Part shown: positions 13,401 through 27,240 of the stretch, one piece after another
Layout: each line of letters begins with the position of its first letter
Position numbering within the stretch: position 1 is the first letter of the stretch
NCBI GenBank assembly: GCA_053919585.1
Contig: CM132790.1
DNA: 64,000 bases
Strand: one strand, 5' to 3'
Source: Euprymna scolopes
Lineage: Eukaryota
Position numbers and translations under genes: made by a program
Notes under the pieces: generated by a model
Database searches by the model: none
Told to the model about the DNA's origin: nothing
What the model saw: the letters and a program-made list of their open reading frames with translations, nothing else

Positions 13401-14484
13401 CAAGGCATGAAAACTTACTCTGAGTGACAGCAACACTTAATTTAAGGACATATTCGTCTCTTACTAGGTAGAGAAGCGCATAAATGAGTAAACTACTCTG
13501 TAAAAATACTGAAGGAATATATTTTATGGAATAGTAAATATAGTAGCGTCTTGCCTGCGATGAAGGTTAAAGTGTTCTTTTTAAATTTTATACTTTATCT
13601 TAAACAAATGAGAACATTGATTCGAGACGGTGTTTATTATTGGATCACTACTTTAGTTTAATGTATTTAGTAATGTTATATTTTTACTTGTTTTTTTTAA
13701 TATAGTTGTTTTTTGTTTTGTTTTGTTTTTTTGTTTTTTTGCTATGTTTTATTTTAGATGCTCAAAATAAATTGCTACTTTTGTAATTTGGTACGTCGGA
13801 TCTGCTTTATAAGATTAAACTAATTGACGTAGCTCTTCTCTTCCGACGTTCGAGTAACATGAGTCAGGACACCCGATCAGATATCAGTCCGGTCTGATGA
13901 AGCTCCATCGATTACAGCAGATGTTCATTTGGATGCAAGGATACCTTGCCATTTCTAGTTACGCTTTCATCGTTTCCATAAAATAGAAAGTTACAAAACC
14001 GTATTAAGATTATGTTTAATTAAATATTGGGTTTCTGTGTCTGTTTGTACGGCATCTTGACTATTTTGAGATTATTTCATTCTTATCATACATAATTTAT
14101 TGCGTAGTTCATTGTCTATATTACATTTCACTTTGCCAATCTATCTCTCGTTCTTTCCGTTCAACTTTTTTGGAAGCTACTGAGTTGATCTGGCTGAAAT
14201 TTTGTAATGAAATTTGGTATAATAAGGTGCAGAGAACTAAGAATTGTGGTATCCGTTCGTTGCTAAGTTGGGATTAATAAAGATTAGTACTTCATGCAAA
14301 AAATCAGCACAAATGTAATCATATCCAACCATTAACTTGGCATAAAACTTGAACGGTCTTAAAGTTTTGTTCTTTTTTGACGGTTGTTCATTGCTGTCCA
14401 TGCATTATTAGGTGTACATAGACATAATGAGAACATACCCTTAAAATATTCTACACATGGAATAGCATTAACATTTATAACCGG

Positions 14485-14749
14485 CTGCACGGCATAATCA
14501 CGTTGACACACCGGTTCCCGCAAGATCACCGAAGTTAAGCAACGTTGAACCTGGTCAGTACTAAATGGGTGACCATTTGGGACTTTCAGGTGATGTATGT
14601 GCTCTCCGCTTATCTCCAATAGGACTTCTCCTTGCCACTGGACTCAAGAGTGCCGACTCAGGAGAGGTGTCGTTGGAGATTGCGTAACACTTGCCTCATA
14701 ATTACTATAGGGAGTATCCTTTGTCTATCGAGACTGAACGGAGGCATCG
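14485..14749 (+). mobile_element. 5S rRNA-derived SINE (SINE3-like) with 10-bp target-site duplication
   Basis: 14485-14600 aligns by eye to 5S rRNA (CACGTTGA..CACCGGTT..GATCACCGAAGTTAAGCAACGT..AGTACT..ATGGGTGACC). TTATAACCGG flanks it at 14475-14484 and 14750-14759. Confidence 0.8.
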
Positions 14750-15089
14750 TTATAACCGGTTCTGCAATCTAACTTATTGTAAATAAACTTCAATATATGT
14801 GTAGCTTGTCCGGCAAGTTAAAGTCATAAATATCCATCTGCATTTAATATGCAACACAACTTTGATAATCATCTCATAAGTAGCAGGTGTGTTCTTACAT
14901 TAGCTACGTACTCGCCTCGTATCTACAATCAGATTATTAATTGTGATTCAATCTCAAAGATAATATGAAAATAGTTTCCATACTATTTCATTTATATTCA
15001 GTATTTACCTTAAACAAGGCACTACACTAACTCACATGGTAAACAGGTGAGTTAGTGTAGTGCTAGAAATGTGAGACAGGCAGCAAATT

Positions 15090-15550
15090 TCAAAATTTAG
15101 CAGTTTGCGAGAAGAAACTATACGATACGAGTAGAAAGCTTCCCGGTATATAGAGACTTCTACAGTGAATGGGGTGGGATTTTGCCACAGTCGTGCTAGT
15201 CGAGGATATTTGTGTGAGGAGGCACGAGCACTACAATCTAATATCGTCAGAGTACATGCCATTAAAATGTATGGAAAACAGGTACAGCAATGCAACATTT
15301 CAGTGATGGGACGGAGATTGCAGTTTGACTGACAGTACTAATGCGGTTATATCCTTTTATTTTGGACCTTGTCTAAGAGGGAGAGATTAGTAGAATATAC
15401 ACCAATCAGATGTGGCACCAATGCTCCGTGCATGGCTTTGCAGAAGTATATGATACTGTCAAGCGTGAGTAGTTTTCTAGCACGATAGAAAGAGCTCACC
15501 TTCTTTGCAGCAGCTTTAGCAATATCTTCAATAAATTTGTTCAAATTCAT
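15090..15550 (-). pseudogene. Decayed CR1-group LINE ORF2 fragment
   Basis: ORF 15347..15550 (IEDIAKAAAKKVSSFYRARKLL...LSLLDKVQ) parallels the region after the RT domain in the 7.1-8.4 kb LINE. Confidence 0.75.
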
Positions 15551-15871
15551 GAAGCAACAACTATAAGTGTCGATTAAGGATCAGTTCTACGCGACACAAT
15601 CTCATTGGAGTTAAGTTTTAGTCTTCATTACGATCGATATTATGAATGCAATTATTAATTACTTAAAGTTCTACCCGGCTATTGCTAATGAATTGGGGCA
15701 AAATAACACCTTGGATTAAATAAAGGATATCGATTGAAATTCTGTGAAGATTTTTCAGTTCGATGAGACACACCTGAAATAATTCGGGTATTGCATTGAC
15801 CGAAATCTTGTGAGAACAATAGTCTGAATAAGCCAAATAATACACATTCTAAATCCTCATCTAAAAATAAA

Positions 15872-16008
15872 NNNNNNNNNNNNNNNNNNNNNNNNNNNNN
15901 NNNNNNNNNNNNNNNNNNNNNNNNNNNNNNNNNNNNNNNNNNNNNNNNNNNNNNNNNNNNNNNNNNNNNNNNNNNNNNNNNNNNNNNNNNNNNNNNNNNN
16001 NNNNNNNN
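15872..16008. other. Assembly gap (N run)
   Basis: Run of N. Confidence 1.
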
Positions 16009-16084
16009 CTAACTTTATATTTAAATAAATCTCGGAAAAGAATATTTATTATTCGACAATAACACTCTAAATACTCTCTACTCG

Positions 16085-16260
16085 GTGGTCTATTGGGGTG
16101 ACATTAGATTAAATTGCATGAAGAGGTGACCAGTTGAGATGCCTATTTTATAAAATTTTTCGTTCATCAATGTTTTTATCGGCAAATTCATCGTATCACA
16201 CGCGATCTGACATGTGGTGCTGTCCTGTTGCAAACCACATGATGGATTTCCAAACCAACC
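16085..16260 (-). pseudogene. Decayed Tc1/mariner catalytic fragment (rosa/DD41D-like motifs)
   Basis: Minus strand reads MWF/QQDSTTC (compare MWFQQDGATCH), and downstream LNWSP (compare VNWPP). Frameshifted. Confidence 0.45.
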
Positions 16261-16639
16261 TGGACTCCAAATAATTGATAGTTATCAACTCAGCAATGAA
16301 ATAAAATATAGTCGTCAATTTAAAGTTCGCCGCCTCTAAAAACACATCACGTATATGTGTAAAGTTTGCGGGAGTGAACTCAAACAAAGTAATCAGTTTT
16401 TAAAAACAACTAAAAATAATAGCATAATACGTATTTATTCATGTATTACAGATCAGGACAACATTGGTACCGTCGTTTTAAAATCTAAACTAATGGAACC
16501 TATAGTTTGCCTCCTATGCCAGACATGCACATAGGTTGAAAGCAGTTCGGCATAGGAGGTCAACTTTGGTTTCTTTGGATTTGAAACGGACAGTATCGAT
16601 ATTTTCATAATGTTCTGTAATACATATATACGCATATAT

Positions 16640-17115
16640 TATATCTTCAAGAGACTGTCATCAATCATGATCGACAGAAACATTAAAATTTACACCAAAT
16701 TCAGAATACTCCGAACACATGTATGGTCTGTTCTTTTATATAGTTGTGAGTGCTGGATAATCACTAACAGCACGCGGAAGAGACTTGAGACAATTGACCC
16801 TTGGTTCCTATGAAATTTTGAAGATATCCTGGACAGAAAAAAAATGCAGAGGTATTAAAGCAGCAAACACAGAAAGGTCTCTAAGAATAGTATGATAAAG
16901 ACAAATGAGTGTTATCGACCATGTCTACAGAAAACAACGGAATTAGTTTGGCGGGAAAGATCGTGAGTAGAAGAAGCAGAGGGCGACAACAAGAAACATA
17001 CGTTGACAATCTGAACGCGAGGGCAACATCAAAAATGGTGAGCAACAATGAATTCATGAATGCGTCCAGGGAGAGGGATAGCGGTCAATGACTTTATTTG
17101 TCAGCACAACGCTTG
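16640..17115 (+). pseudogene. RTE-clade LINE 3' fragment
   Basis: Reads KFRILRTHVWSVLLYSCECW...RLETIDPWFL, KISWTEK and GKIVSRRSRGRQ, typical of the RTE ORF C-terminus. Confidence 0.75.
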
Positions 17116-17864
17116 AAAGTGTATACGCTTATTTTATTATAAAAAAAATTACGTTTTTATATTTTTTCATTATTTACTACAATAGTGATTAACATCCTAT
17201 TGTTATTGTTATTAGTAGTAGTAGTATTAGTTGTAGTAGTAGTATTAGTAGTAGTATTAGTGGTAGTAGTGGTTGTTGTAGGAGTAATATTAGTTTAAAC
17301 TTTTGACATCCAAGCTGTTCTTTAACAGGCAATCCCTTGACAGAATTGGAACAGAAATCGTCTCATGAATCTTTTTAAGCCAATTACTTATGGTTTCAAG
17401 CGTTCCAATTACAACGAGAACCACCTTGAATTCATTAGATTGCCATAGTATAAGTAATTTTTATTTTAGATCTTGATATTTTTTCATTTCTTTTTTCCGA
17501 CACTCTGATATGGGAAAGGCAGGCTACATCAATGATTAGGCAATGTCTTTTGTTTTGTTTAGAAAAATTAAGTCTGGTTCGGAATATTCAAGAACCTTAT
17601 CAGTTTGTATGTGTGAATATCCCAAGTTAGTTTGTCATTCACTTTTAAGCCTTTTGATCGTACTCATACCACTTCTCATTATCATTTAATAACTAGATAC
17701 TATATACTTTGTGTACTGCATGAGCGACTTTGTCATATCTCCATTTTTTTATATTTATTTTATGCTAGTATAGGCATTCTTATACAATATGCGATAACTG
17801 TTCACTTACATTTCACAATCGGCACATCGGTGATTCTGCATTTGTGATCAATTATTATTATTAT

Positions 17865-18460
17865 TTGTACTCACTAGGAGTTCTCACACAATTCACGATC
17901 AGTGATTACTCATTTACAACAGCTGGTGTTGTTCCTCAGAGTCTGAGTAACAAGTTTCTCCAAATTTCCAGGATTGTCCTCGTTCGATATATTATTTTTA
18001 ATGATTTGGCGTTATCACAACGGTGGCTTCACATTGACTTCTCACTAGCAACCAACCATTCGTCTTTACTGGGGAAAGCCACTCCAATGTCCGAGTTATC
18101 GTAAAACACATCAAATAAATTAATACTTTCCCTCCTCGGGGCTTCTACGGTCTTTTGCGCTTTACGATTCTACTCACTCAGAGTTCTTACGGGAGACATT
18201 ACCAGTGGTTGATCACCGTCAAATGCAGATGGTGTTACTATGAGTCGGTGTGACAATAAAAATGTTACTTTCCAACACGCTCGACACCTTTCAATCACGG
18301 TTGTAATTAACTTTACTTTCTCACAAAAGTCATTCACTCTTGAGTTTACAATGATAATAATCTTTGCTGTTTTTTTTTCTGGCGAAAATAAGCCTCCCCA
18401 AGTTTACAATACTTTCTGTGCAATTTAGAGTGAGATTTTTATGGTTCCATCCATCTTTTC
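17865..18460 (-). mobile_element. Probable R4/Dong-like non-LTR element 3' remnant next to (TTA)n
   Basis: GAGTCTGAGTAACAAGTTTCTCCAAATTTCCAGGA resembles the antisense 3' end of (TAA)n-targeting R4/Dong-like elements. Recognised from memory and highly decayed. Confidence 0.4.
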
Positions 18461-18774
18461 TATTTTATTTTCAACAATTATTTTCTTTGATACGGAGAGA
18501 GTTTTAAGTAATATTCATAGTGATTGATTCTTTTTTAGACTTTGTTTTTATGCGATTCAACTGATTGTAGCATGAATTAATGAGAAATACGTAATCATAC
18601 AAAATGTAATAATATTGAATTTATTGTCATTTGGTTTATGAGTTCAAGCAAAGTGGCAGATATAAGTGGCAGTAAATATTATTCGATTTTTACAACTCTT
18701 TAGCTTTCGTTCAGATTTCGTTCAGATTTTGTTTTACTAAAACTGCATTTCAAATATAAATTAACCCAAATATG

Positions 18775-19085
18775 TTTTTACAATGGAGTCACCTCTTATC
18801 AAGGCCCGAATGCCATTTGAGTATAAGGATCAAAGCGTTAAACTGTGGTCATTGAGACAACAGCATAGTAATCGTTAATGGTGAAAATTGGATATAATTT
18901 AATTATTTTAACGGAAAGCTCCACAAAAACCTGTTTGCATCAGACTTGAAACGCGCTTGTTGTAAGCAGCCGTAAAGCAAGCCAGTGGAACAGAGTTCCA
19001 CAGGCGAATAGGTCTAGGAAAGAAAATGTGTTCATGGAATATTCCTCTAGATTAACGCATAGTAAGAGGGATAAATTGTTGATTA
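18775..19085 (-). mobile_element. CR1-group LINE 3' end, diverged relative of the 7.1 kb element
   Basis: TTTTTACAATGGAGTCACCTCTTATCAAGGCCCG parallels 7134-7167. Contains the ...TGGAACTCTGTTCC (LWNS) C-terminal motif on the minus strand. Confidence 0.65.
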
Positions 19086-19639
19086 AAAATGTCATGAAAA
19101 GTTTACTATTATTGGATTTTCTGTATTTATTAAACACATACATATTTGCGCGTTAAAAGCGGCTAATACATAGAAATTGTATTATAAGTCTCGCATTTTC
19201 ATTATTTCCGTGCGATGAAAGCATTTATTAATGTTTTTTCTTTTAAATAGTATAAAAGATATCTTTATCATATTTACTGATATTAAACTCACACTGTGTT
19301 ATATATAGGTGTAACTTTGTGGCACGCTTTGGAGGTTCCTTGGCGGGCAGTGTATTTATCAGCGTCTGTATTTTCCATAGCCGGCTCCATAGTCACAACC
19401 GTTATCAATTTTCCAACCACCTTCCGGTAAAACCGATTAGTTCTCGGTATTTCAGACACGCGAGACGATTTTTTTTCTACTTTCGTTTTAAATAATTGTT
19501 TTCTAAAATTAAAACTGTCATGTTTTATTAGTTTCTAAAACAAAACATCCGCCGATAACCTCTCTCTCCTCATCATCCTCCATAACCCTGACGCTTTGAT
19601 CCTATATTTGGAAAATAATCACCGAGTTGTTTAGTTTAC

Positions 19640-20205
19640 ATGATTGCAATTACCAAGGACAAATCATCCAATATACAGTGTCTTATTGATTGAATCAGAT
19701 ATATATGTAAAATATATGAATATTATTGCAACGTCTGGGCTCGACCATTTATCATTCGTCTCTCCCTCTTAAACAGGGTTCCTGAAAATTGTCTCTAACC
19801 TCATAAGTCACACACTATCAACAAAACCCTATCGCTTGAATGTTGCGTCTTTGTGCTTGTTTTACAAGTATTTTAATGAAATGTGCTATCACCAATTCGT
19901 AGCATTTATGCGCCTTAATGTAAATCATCTTAACTTTATAAGCAGCAAAACTCCACCTCTTCACTGTAGAGGTTTCTATGTACTGGAAACCCTTATCCTT
20001 TAATGTTTTCCGTCATCAGACTGCTAGATTTAGAATATACTGCCTGTTTCTGATTTCACTGACTGTACTAATGTCCAAAACTTTAAATGTAATGTAAACA
20101 GGCATCTTGCTGCTTAAGTCTACATATATTGACTTGGTAGATATAGTCCTAAATAGTAGCCGCTTACGTTTAAGGTAATATGCCCTGCTTCAGATGGACA
20201 GTAAA
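19640..20205 (+). mobile_element. CR1-group LINE 3' fragment (second subfamily)
   Basis: TGTACTAATGTCCAAAACTTTAAATGTAATGTAAAC...CCTAAATAGTAGCCGCTTACG is shared with about 38800-38900 and 50770-50860. Confidence 0.65.
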
Positions 20206-21543
20206 TTTTGTGATTATCAGTGGGTGAATTGTTCAAAATGAAAAAGGGGGTAAATTGGTACATTATTCTTTTAAATGGATATACTTGTTGCTTGTAGCAG
20301 GAGGATGTGACACAAGACCAACTCTAGTAGTAGAAAAACTTTTCTAATTAAGCGATTGTAGCACACTAGCACTGTCTTACTTAATACGAAGATAAATAGT
20401 ATGCAATAATTTCCGTTTTAGTTCCTAGAGTGCTCGTTTGAGTGAAGCCAAATCTACCTCAATTTTAAACACATCTGGTTTTTAACTTTATCTTTATAAA
20501 ATAAATAAATAAATATGGATAATGAAAGAGACTTACTGTAGTAATAACCAGAGTTAAATATATAATATATTCAGATATATAAAAATACTAGACATTTGCC
20601 CATTAAATACAAGTCAAAATTATAGCTCGTTGACTTAGAGTGAGTGTTTTATGCTAAACTCATGGTTGAATATGGTCCAATTACTGCTCATTGTTGTATT
20701 AAATTAATGAATACCAAAATACTTAGTTCGTTGCATTAATATTAAACGTCGATACGAAATTTAAGCTAGATCGTCTCAGTAGTTTCCGAGAAAAAGTGAG
20801 AATAATTGTCATATAGTCTCATATGGCGGTCAGCTTTGCGCCAAGTTGTATAGATCCGTAAACTGGCAAACAGGATTCTGGTAAAAATCCACGTTGGTTT
20901 GTATCAGTATCCGTCGTTCATTCGTTGCCTCTGTCTTTTCATGCTGAAAGTATGACTTGTCATACCCTAAATCTCAAATCAATTGAAGGAGAGTTGCAAT
21001 ATCTCCCCATGAAAGGAAGATACATGCAGCTGGGGATCGCTTATTAATTTCATATTTCCCGTAAACTTTCTCTTCAGAAGAAACCGACACAATCCACACA
21101 GAGCTAAAACTACACGAAACATTATCGAATCGTTATTGTCTGAAGTGGTCCTATGAATACATACCAATGTGGCAGTTCAGGCATTTTTAGAGCTGGAGTA
21201 AACTTCTTGTTCACTTCTCTTTTTATTTCTAAATTCCGATCATGTATCACTTCTATCCGCAGTTGAAAGCAGGAGGGGTGTTAAACATTTTTTTTTATCA
21301 CGCCCATCATCCCTGTTATTTGAATATAAAGGATATAGGCGCGAGTTTCGTATTTATAAAGAAGACATCCGAACAAATAGTATGATCCGTTGACTCTACC
21401 CTTTTCCTTTATATTTCTGGATTTTTAGATGAGGATTTTAATTCGTATTTTGATGATTCGGACTACTCTTCCCATCTTGATTATTAGAGAGAGAAGGTAA
21501 TGACAGTGAGGGTAGACGTCCAAAAATTCACACTGCAGAAGCC

Positions 21544-21550
<7 letters not shown>

Positions 21551-21606
<56 letters not shown>
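21551..21606. repeat. (GT)n microsatellite
   Basis: Direct read. Confidence 0.98.
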
Positions 21607-21610
<4 letters not shown>

Positions 21611-22944
21611 TGTATATTTGTATATTGTAATAATATCAAAAACGATCGAGACTTTGTCGGCTGCAGCAAAATTGTAATGAGTGCGAAAAGGTCCTTCCTC
21701 AGCAATATCCACGTGAATTGGCGTTTTGGAAAGTCCAGTTACTGAATACTACAAAAAAAGGTGACACACAGATGAATTTGTATGTGGATTATTCGGACTA
21801 CTGTTCTCATATTGATGTTAATAGTTGTTCGAATAATTCTAATAACCCGACGGCATTTCTTTCATTATATTATTATTAAAAAAAAAAAAAACAATGAGTT
21901 GTTTTTTCACTGTTTTATATTTTGTGATATTTTATCATACGTACTGGAAATCTAACTTATAGATTCGTGCAATTTGTGCTTTTGTGAGATGATAAATAAA
22001 CATGCTAACAAAATGTCTCCATGCCTCATTTCATATGATCACAAATTAAAGCTCCTTTAAACGGGCAACAAATTATCCGTGAATAATTGATAAAAATTAT
22101 TAGGTGGCAAGTATAGATGTAGTTTGCAAAAAAAAAAAAAAAAAGAAAGAAAAAGAAGTATAGTTGACAAAATTTGAAAAGTCAACCAGGATATAATCGG
22201 GTATATGTTATTTAATAATATTATGATCGGGTATATGTTATGTAATAATATCATTATCAGGTATATATCAATTTATCTTCCTTATATTGATTTGGAGTGA
22301 CTATTCTATCTTACACAAAGACCTAGTGCTCAATACACATATCCATTATTATTCAAGCGAGAGTACGTTAGTTAAAAACTTGCTATCGCTAATTGTTTGC
22401 CACTTCAGTTGATGTGCTCGGAATAAAATTATATGTAAGTCAATTTCCTCAGAACAAAAGGAAAAAACTTCCGTAAAGTTATTATTCTATTTTTTCCGGT
22501 ACTAAAGTAATAAGATCTTCTGAAAATTCGTCCATTTAATCTGCGCGGTTATCGATGCAAATACTTTTTAAGTAGTATGTATGAGCGGACGGACGAACCT
22601 GCATAGTCTCATGTATACACAACCGCAATTAAAAACGTTTGTTTTTTTCTAAAGGAATCCATTCCGTACATTGATATATATATATATTTTTGAAGAAATT
22701 TTTAAACATCACGTTCGGTTCCAAGAAAACTTCACTTCTTTTTTGTTTAACCTAACATTTTTTCTTCCATTTTAGCACTAATAGGATTTGTCTTCGTAAA
22801 CAAAGTTCTTTTTAGAACATTGAATATGCCAAACTATTTTTTCATAAAAATTATATGCTTCTTTTTATATTACCAGTAGCTCTTTCTCCAAAAAGCCTAC
22901 TGAGATTATTTTATGATAAAATATTATATATATTATATTTCCCG

Positions 22945-23300
22945 TAGTCTGTCTGTCCATTCCACTTTTTCTCAGAAGGTACTGGGTCGATCTGGCTGAA
23001 ATTTTGTATGAACCTTTGTATACTGAAGAATATATTATGACATTCCTATGACGCACAGTTAGGAATTAATAGGAATTAGTTACCACACTACCATATTTAC
23101 TATAGAAGTATTTTCTCGAGATATATTGTGCCGATCTGACTGAAATTCTGTATGAACCTTTTTATGAAAAGATGCAGTGAAATAAGTATTTTAATGCCCG
23201 TTTTAATGCATAGTAAAGTGATTTACAGGGGCTGCTTTTTAATGCAACAATGAGCGCATATTTCACTATATTCAACCATCAGTTTTGCATAAAGAACCAA
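22945..23300 (+). mobile_element. Dispersed repeat of DINE-1/Helentron (HINE)-like type
   Basis: GTCTGTCTGTCC is followed by two copies of GATCTG(G/A)CTGAAATT(T/C)TGTATGAACCTTT. A related copy lies at about 14140-14340. Confidence 0.5.
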
Positions 23301-24547
23301 TTCTACGTCAACTGACTATAGATTTTGTTCCTTTAACAGAAAAACTTCGTATTATTTATATATGTATATGTTGAACAGGAATTTAGTTATGGTTTATTTT
23401 GCAGCAAGTATCTTTACAACTACATAACTCCCACTGTTCCCTTTTTATGTTTATCTTCATAATGAGAAAGTTAAGGAGCAGATAAGGGATTTCATTTAGG
23501 AAAATCTAGCTCAATGCAAACGAGCACTGTAGATTGAATTATTTATCATGCTCTCACTCGGACAGATATGATACAAGGGTTGAAAAAGTGGGATTGAATG
23601 GGACAATGCTTTGCATGAACAGTACTTTGCCCTGAAAAAATATGTTTGAGGAACCTCGTCGGCATTTCCCTCTAGGAGCGCCTCTGATGCTCAGTAATAA
23701 AATAAAACATTCTCAAAGTGAGAAGTCAAAGGCGGAGAGTGTGAACCTCCTAGAGCTGCATAGGACCAGCAACGTACCGTAGGCAACAAGGAAAAGCCAT
23801 TACAGAAATAGCCTAGATTGTCGATTTTGAGTCTAAGAGAAAAATTCACCCGATTAAGCACTCTCGGTTTTAAGTAGAAATTCAACTTTACCCCGTGGTA
23901 GATTATTTTCCTTGACAAAGACAAAACTGATGCTACACATTGATCCTATTCAAAATGCAAGGATCTGTAATCCCCATTGCTGCCATTTATGCCCTCTTGT
24001 TTGTATCAAACAATTATAATTGGTGTAAAACAAACCTATTCCCAACGGGTGAAAGTAATGCCTAGGAGGGTAGATCACCGTGAAATTCACATATTAATAC
24101 CTATTACAACCGAAAGACGATCATTAACTAAAAAATGTCGTATTGTAGGGAAAATTGGGTACCTGTGTACCTTATGAACAAGATTACGTAAATTTTACAT
24201 CGGGATCGATCGGAAACTGATACAAATCTCCGGAATATGCAGAAAGCTTGTCAAGTTGGTCAGCCTATCAGAAAGCGACAACAGACGCAATTAGCCAATA
24301 AGAATCCAAGCAGTGGACTTTTGATGAATTAAAAGAAAAAGTCTTTCATTTTAATCAGTTATAACAAGGAAGCAGGGGACAATAAATTTAACCAGTCCAG
24401 ATAAAATATTAAAGACGCCGGGGCAAATTCTTAAATATTTTCAAGAAAAAATTAATACGATCGGAATTGAGGTACAGGATATGTGCCAGGAAGTACAACG
24501 TAAAAAAGCGAGCTTCTATTAACAATGGTTTCGTTTGGAGATGCACC

Positions 24548-24635
24548 AACCCTAACCCCTAACCCTAGCTCCTTACCTTAACTTTAACCCTTACCTTAAA
24601 CATGAACCTTAACAAAAAATCCTAACCCTAATCCC
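24548..24635. repeat. Degenerate (CCCTAA)n-like interstitial tract
   Basis: AACCCTAACCCCTAACCCTAG...CCTAACCCTAATCCC. Confidence 0.6.
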
Positions 24636-26671
24636 AAAAAATAACAGGTGCATAACTTAGTTTTTAATAATGCTATGAAATGTTTTTACTAATGTCCTTA
24701 AAAATAAAACTATGTTTATTCATAAAACTTAGGCTCTTGTTATATTTTATTTTGTTGTTTTCCCCACCATTTTTTTTTTCATTTTACTAGTATCCGATAA
24801 ATGCTTGTATTTTTGTTTCCTAGCGTTTTCCGATTTGATCGGTTTCCAAGAGTTTTTTTTATTGCGATGGGTGATCGGCATATTCCGTTTGGTTTACGTC
24901 AGGGATCGCAAGGTACAGCAGTACGAAGATAGTATGATTGGGAAAATTACTTACCTCAAAAACACCTACGTGCTTGCGTGTTTTATAAAGTCTAGTTACC
25001 TAACCATTGAAAAACAAATGGCGGCGCGCAGCTGATTTTATGTTCAATGATCACGCCAAATTATTGTGAATTCTCGCCATCAATGTGTGAATTAGATGAT
25101 TCTGAGCTTTATAAAAGCAAATAACGATTGAATTTTATTATTTACTTGAATCAACACATAAGAGCAAAGAAGGCGAAGAAGAAAACTGTGATTATACACT
25201 GCTGAGGCAAACAACATGATTTGGTGCGTATCGCCGACTGGTATGAACAACACTAATATAGCTTGACCCTCTCCCGGGGTTGTTATTTCGTTGGCTTTAA
25301 TGCGAAGGAAATTTGCAACAATTTTCTTTCTACACTCCTACGCAGTAACTCGTTTACAATAAGGTCTTAATTCGAAAATAAATATCGTAAAACGGGTTAC
25401 TCTCAAACTACTGGTTTAGTTGACGCATCTTGATGAGGTATGTCCAAGAATCTCTATAAACGGCTCTGTCCGTCAGTATTTATGTTTGTCATATTACCAT
25501 CACTAAACACGCAGGACACTAAGTATGAGGTCAAACAATATCCAGTGGTAAGGACTCATTTAGGAGCTGTAATTTGCCCCTTCTTTACGATTGTTCGCAG
25601 GTCTACTTTGATCCAAAATGTTAATACCTGTTAGTGCATCTGGGACAACAAAAATAACAACAAAATAAAGCTGTCTAAAGATACGACTTCTAGACTAAAA
25701 TATTTCTAAACGTTCTATGTTATTGTTTTTTTCTTTGCAAAACTCAATCATGATCTGCAAAGTCCAAAAACACAACACTTTTCTACAAAACTATTAAACG
25801 AAACACCATAAATAAATATTTGAAGATATAAAGAACATTAGATTAAAAAATTTATCCCAAAATCACTAAATTCGGCATGAAATAATCCAAAAAGAGTTTA
25901 TATACCGTGAAACAAAACAGTCAAACCTAATTGTAAGAATAAATATTTGAAGATATAAAAGTCTTAAGAATAAAAACTTTTTTTTCCAAATTACTGGATG
26001 CGGCATGTAATAATCCTAAAAGGGTTGATATATCATAAAACAAAATAACCACACTAAACTTTACGAATAAATATTAAAAGATGAAAAACAACTTCAGAAC
26101 AAACACGTTACAAAAATAAAAACACTAAAAAAGTATACAATCAGGGAGAAAAGTAACTTATCTTACCTTTTGATGACATTTATTTGTTATATATTTGTTT
26201 GTGGTTTTTCGACAACTTTTTAAAATCGTTATGTATGCTGATACAAACCCGAATGGTGTATTTTTCTGTTTCTTTTTATTTTTGGTACCGCGGTATTTTT
26301 AAATAGATTTTCCAAGTTAAATCTAAATTTCACGATATCTATTTTTTTTAAATAAATTGTTAGATGAAAGCACAGAATAGTTACAAAACACCATCCTCTT
26401 CCCATAGTAAGAATTGCTGAAAAGATAACTGATTTCTTGGAAAAAATTTTTTTGAAAAAAAAACTGCATTCATATGTTCTCATTTAAAAACAACTGCTGT
26501 TTACAAAATTTAAAAAAAACTATATTTTTCAACACGGTAAAATGGGTGCTTAAAAAAAGGAAAAAATCGATCAGTAAAGCGAAAAATTGTCACACAAAAA
26601 GTCAAAATGCGACGAAAAAGTTTGGTCCAAGTTCACACTACTGTAGATTGGTCATGACTGTGTTTTTGTCG

Positions 26672-26884
26672 NNNNNNNNNNNNNNNNNNNNNNNNNNNNN
26701 NNNNNNNNNNNNNNNNNNNNNNNNNNNNNNNNNNNNNNNNNNNNNNNNNNNNNNNNNNNNNNNNNNNNNNNNNNNNNNNNNNNNNNNNNNNNNNNNNNNN
26801 NNNNNNNNNNNNNNNNNNNNNNNNNNNNNNNNNNNNNNNNNNNNNNNNNNNNNNNNNNNNNNNNNNNNNNNNNNNNNNNNNNNN
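26672..26884. other. Assembly gap (N run)
   Basis: Run of N. Confidence 1.
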
Positions 26885-27182
26885 TCAGATTTTTATGCTA
26901 CTTAGATTTTAATTGAGTTTTAATCGACCTTTTTATTTGCTTCTAACCATCCGTCATTCATTCTATTTTTTCTTTTCACTTTACTACTTTCTATTTTCAC
27001 TCCTACCTACTTTTACATCATTAACCCCTTGAGATGATTCGCAGCTGAATCGAAAGCGCTCGTGATAATATGGAACTTTCATGAATATTTTTGATTTTGA
27101 TATAAAAACATTATCCGAAAAATTGAAAACAAAAAGGAATCATAAAACAAAGCATTTTTGTTGTATTTAATAATGTCTGCTG

Positions 27183-27231
<49 letters not shown>

Positions 27232-27240
<9 letters not shown>

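Noticed and set aside
14485-14600. Functional 5S rRNA gene
   Set aside because: Many substitutions, no oligo-T terminator after the 5S region, a flanking TSD and no tandem array.
24548-24635. Telomere or chromosome-fusion scar
   Set aside because: Short, degenerate, in one orientation only, and embedded in MITE-like sequence.
26474-26905. ORFs spanning N runs (also 52421-52817)
   Set aside because: Artefacts of assembly gaps.
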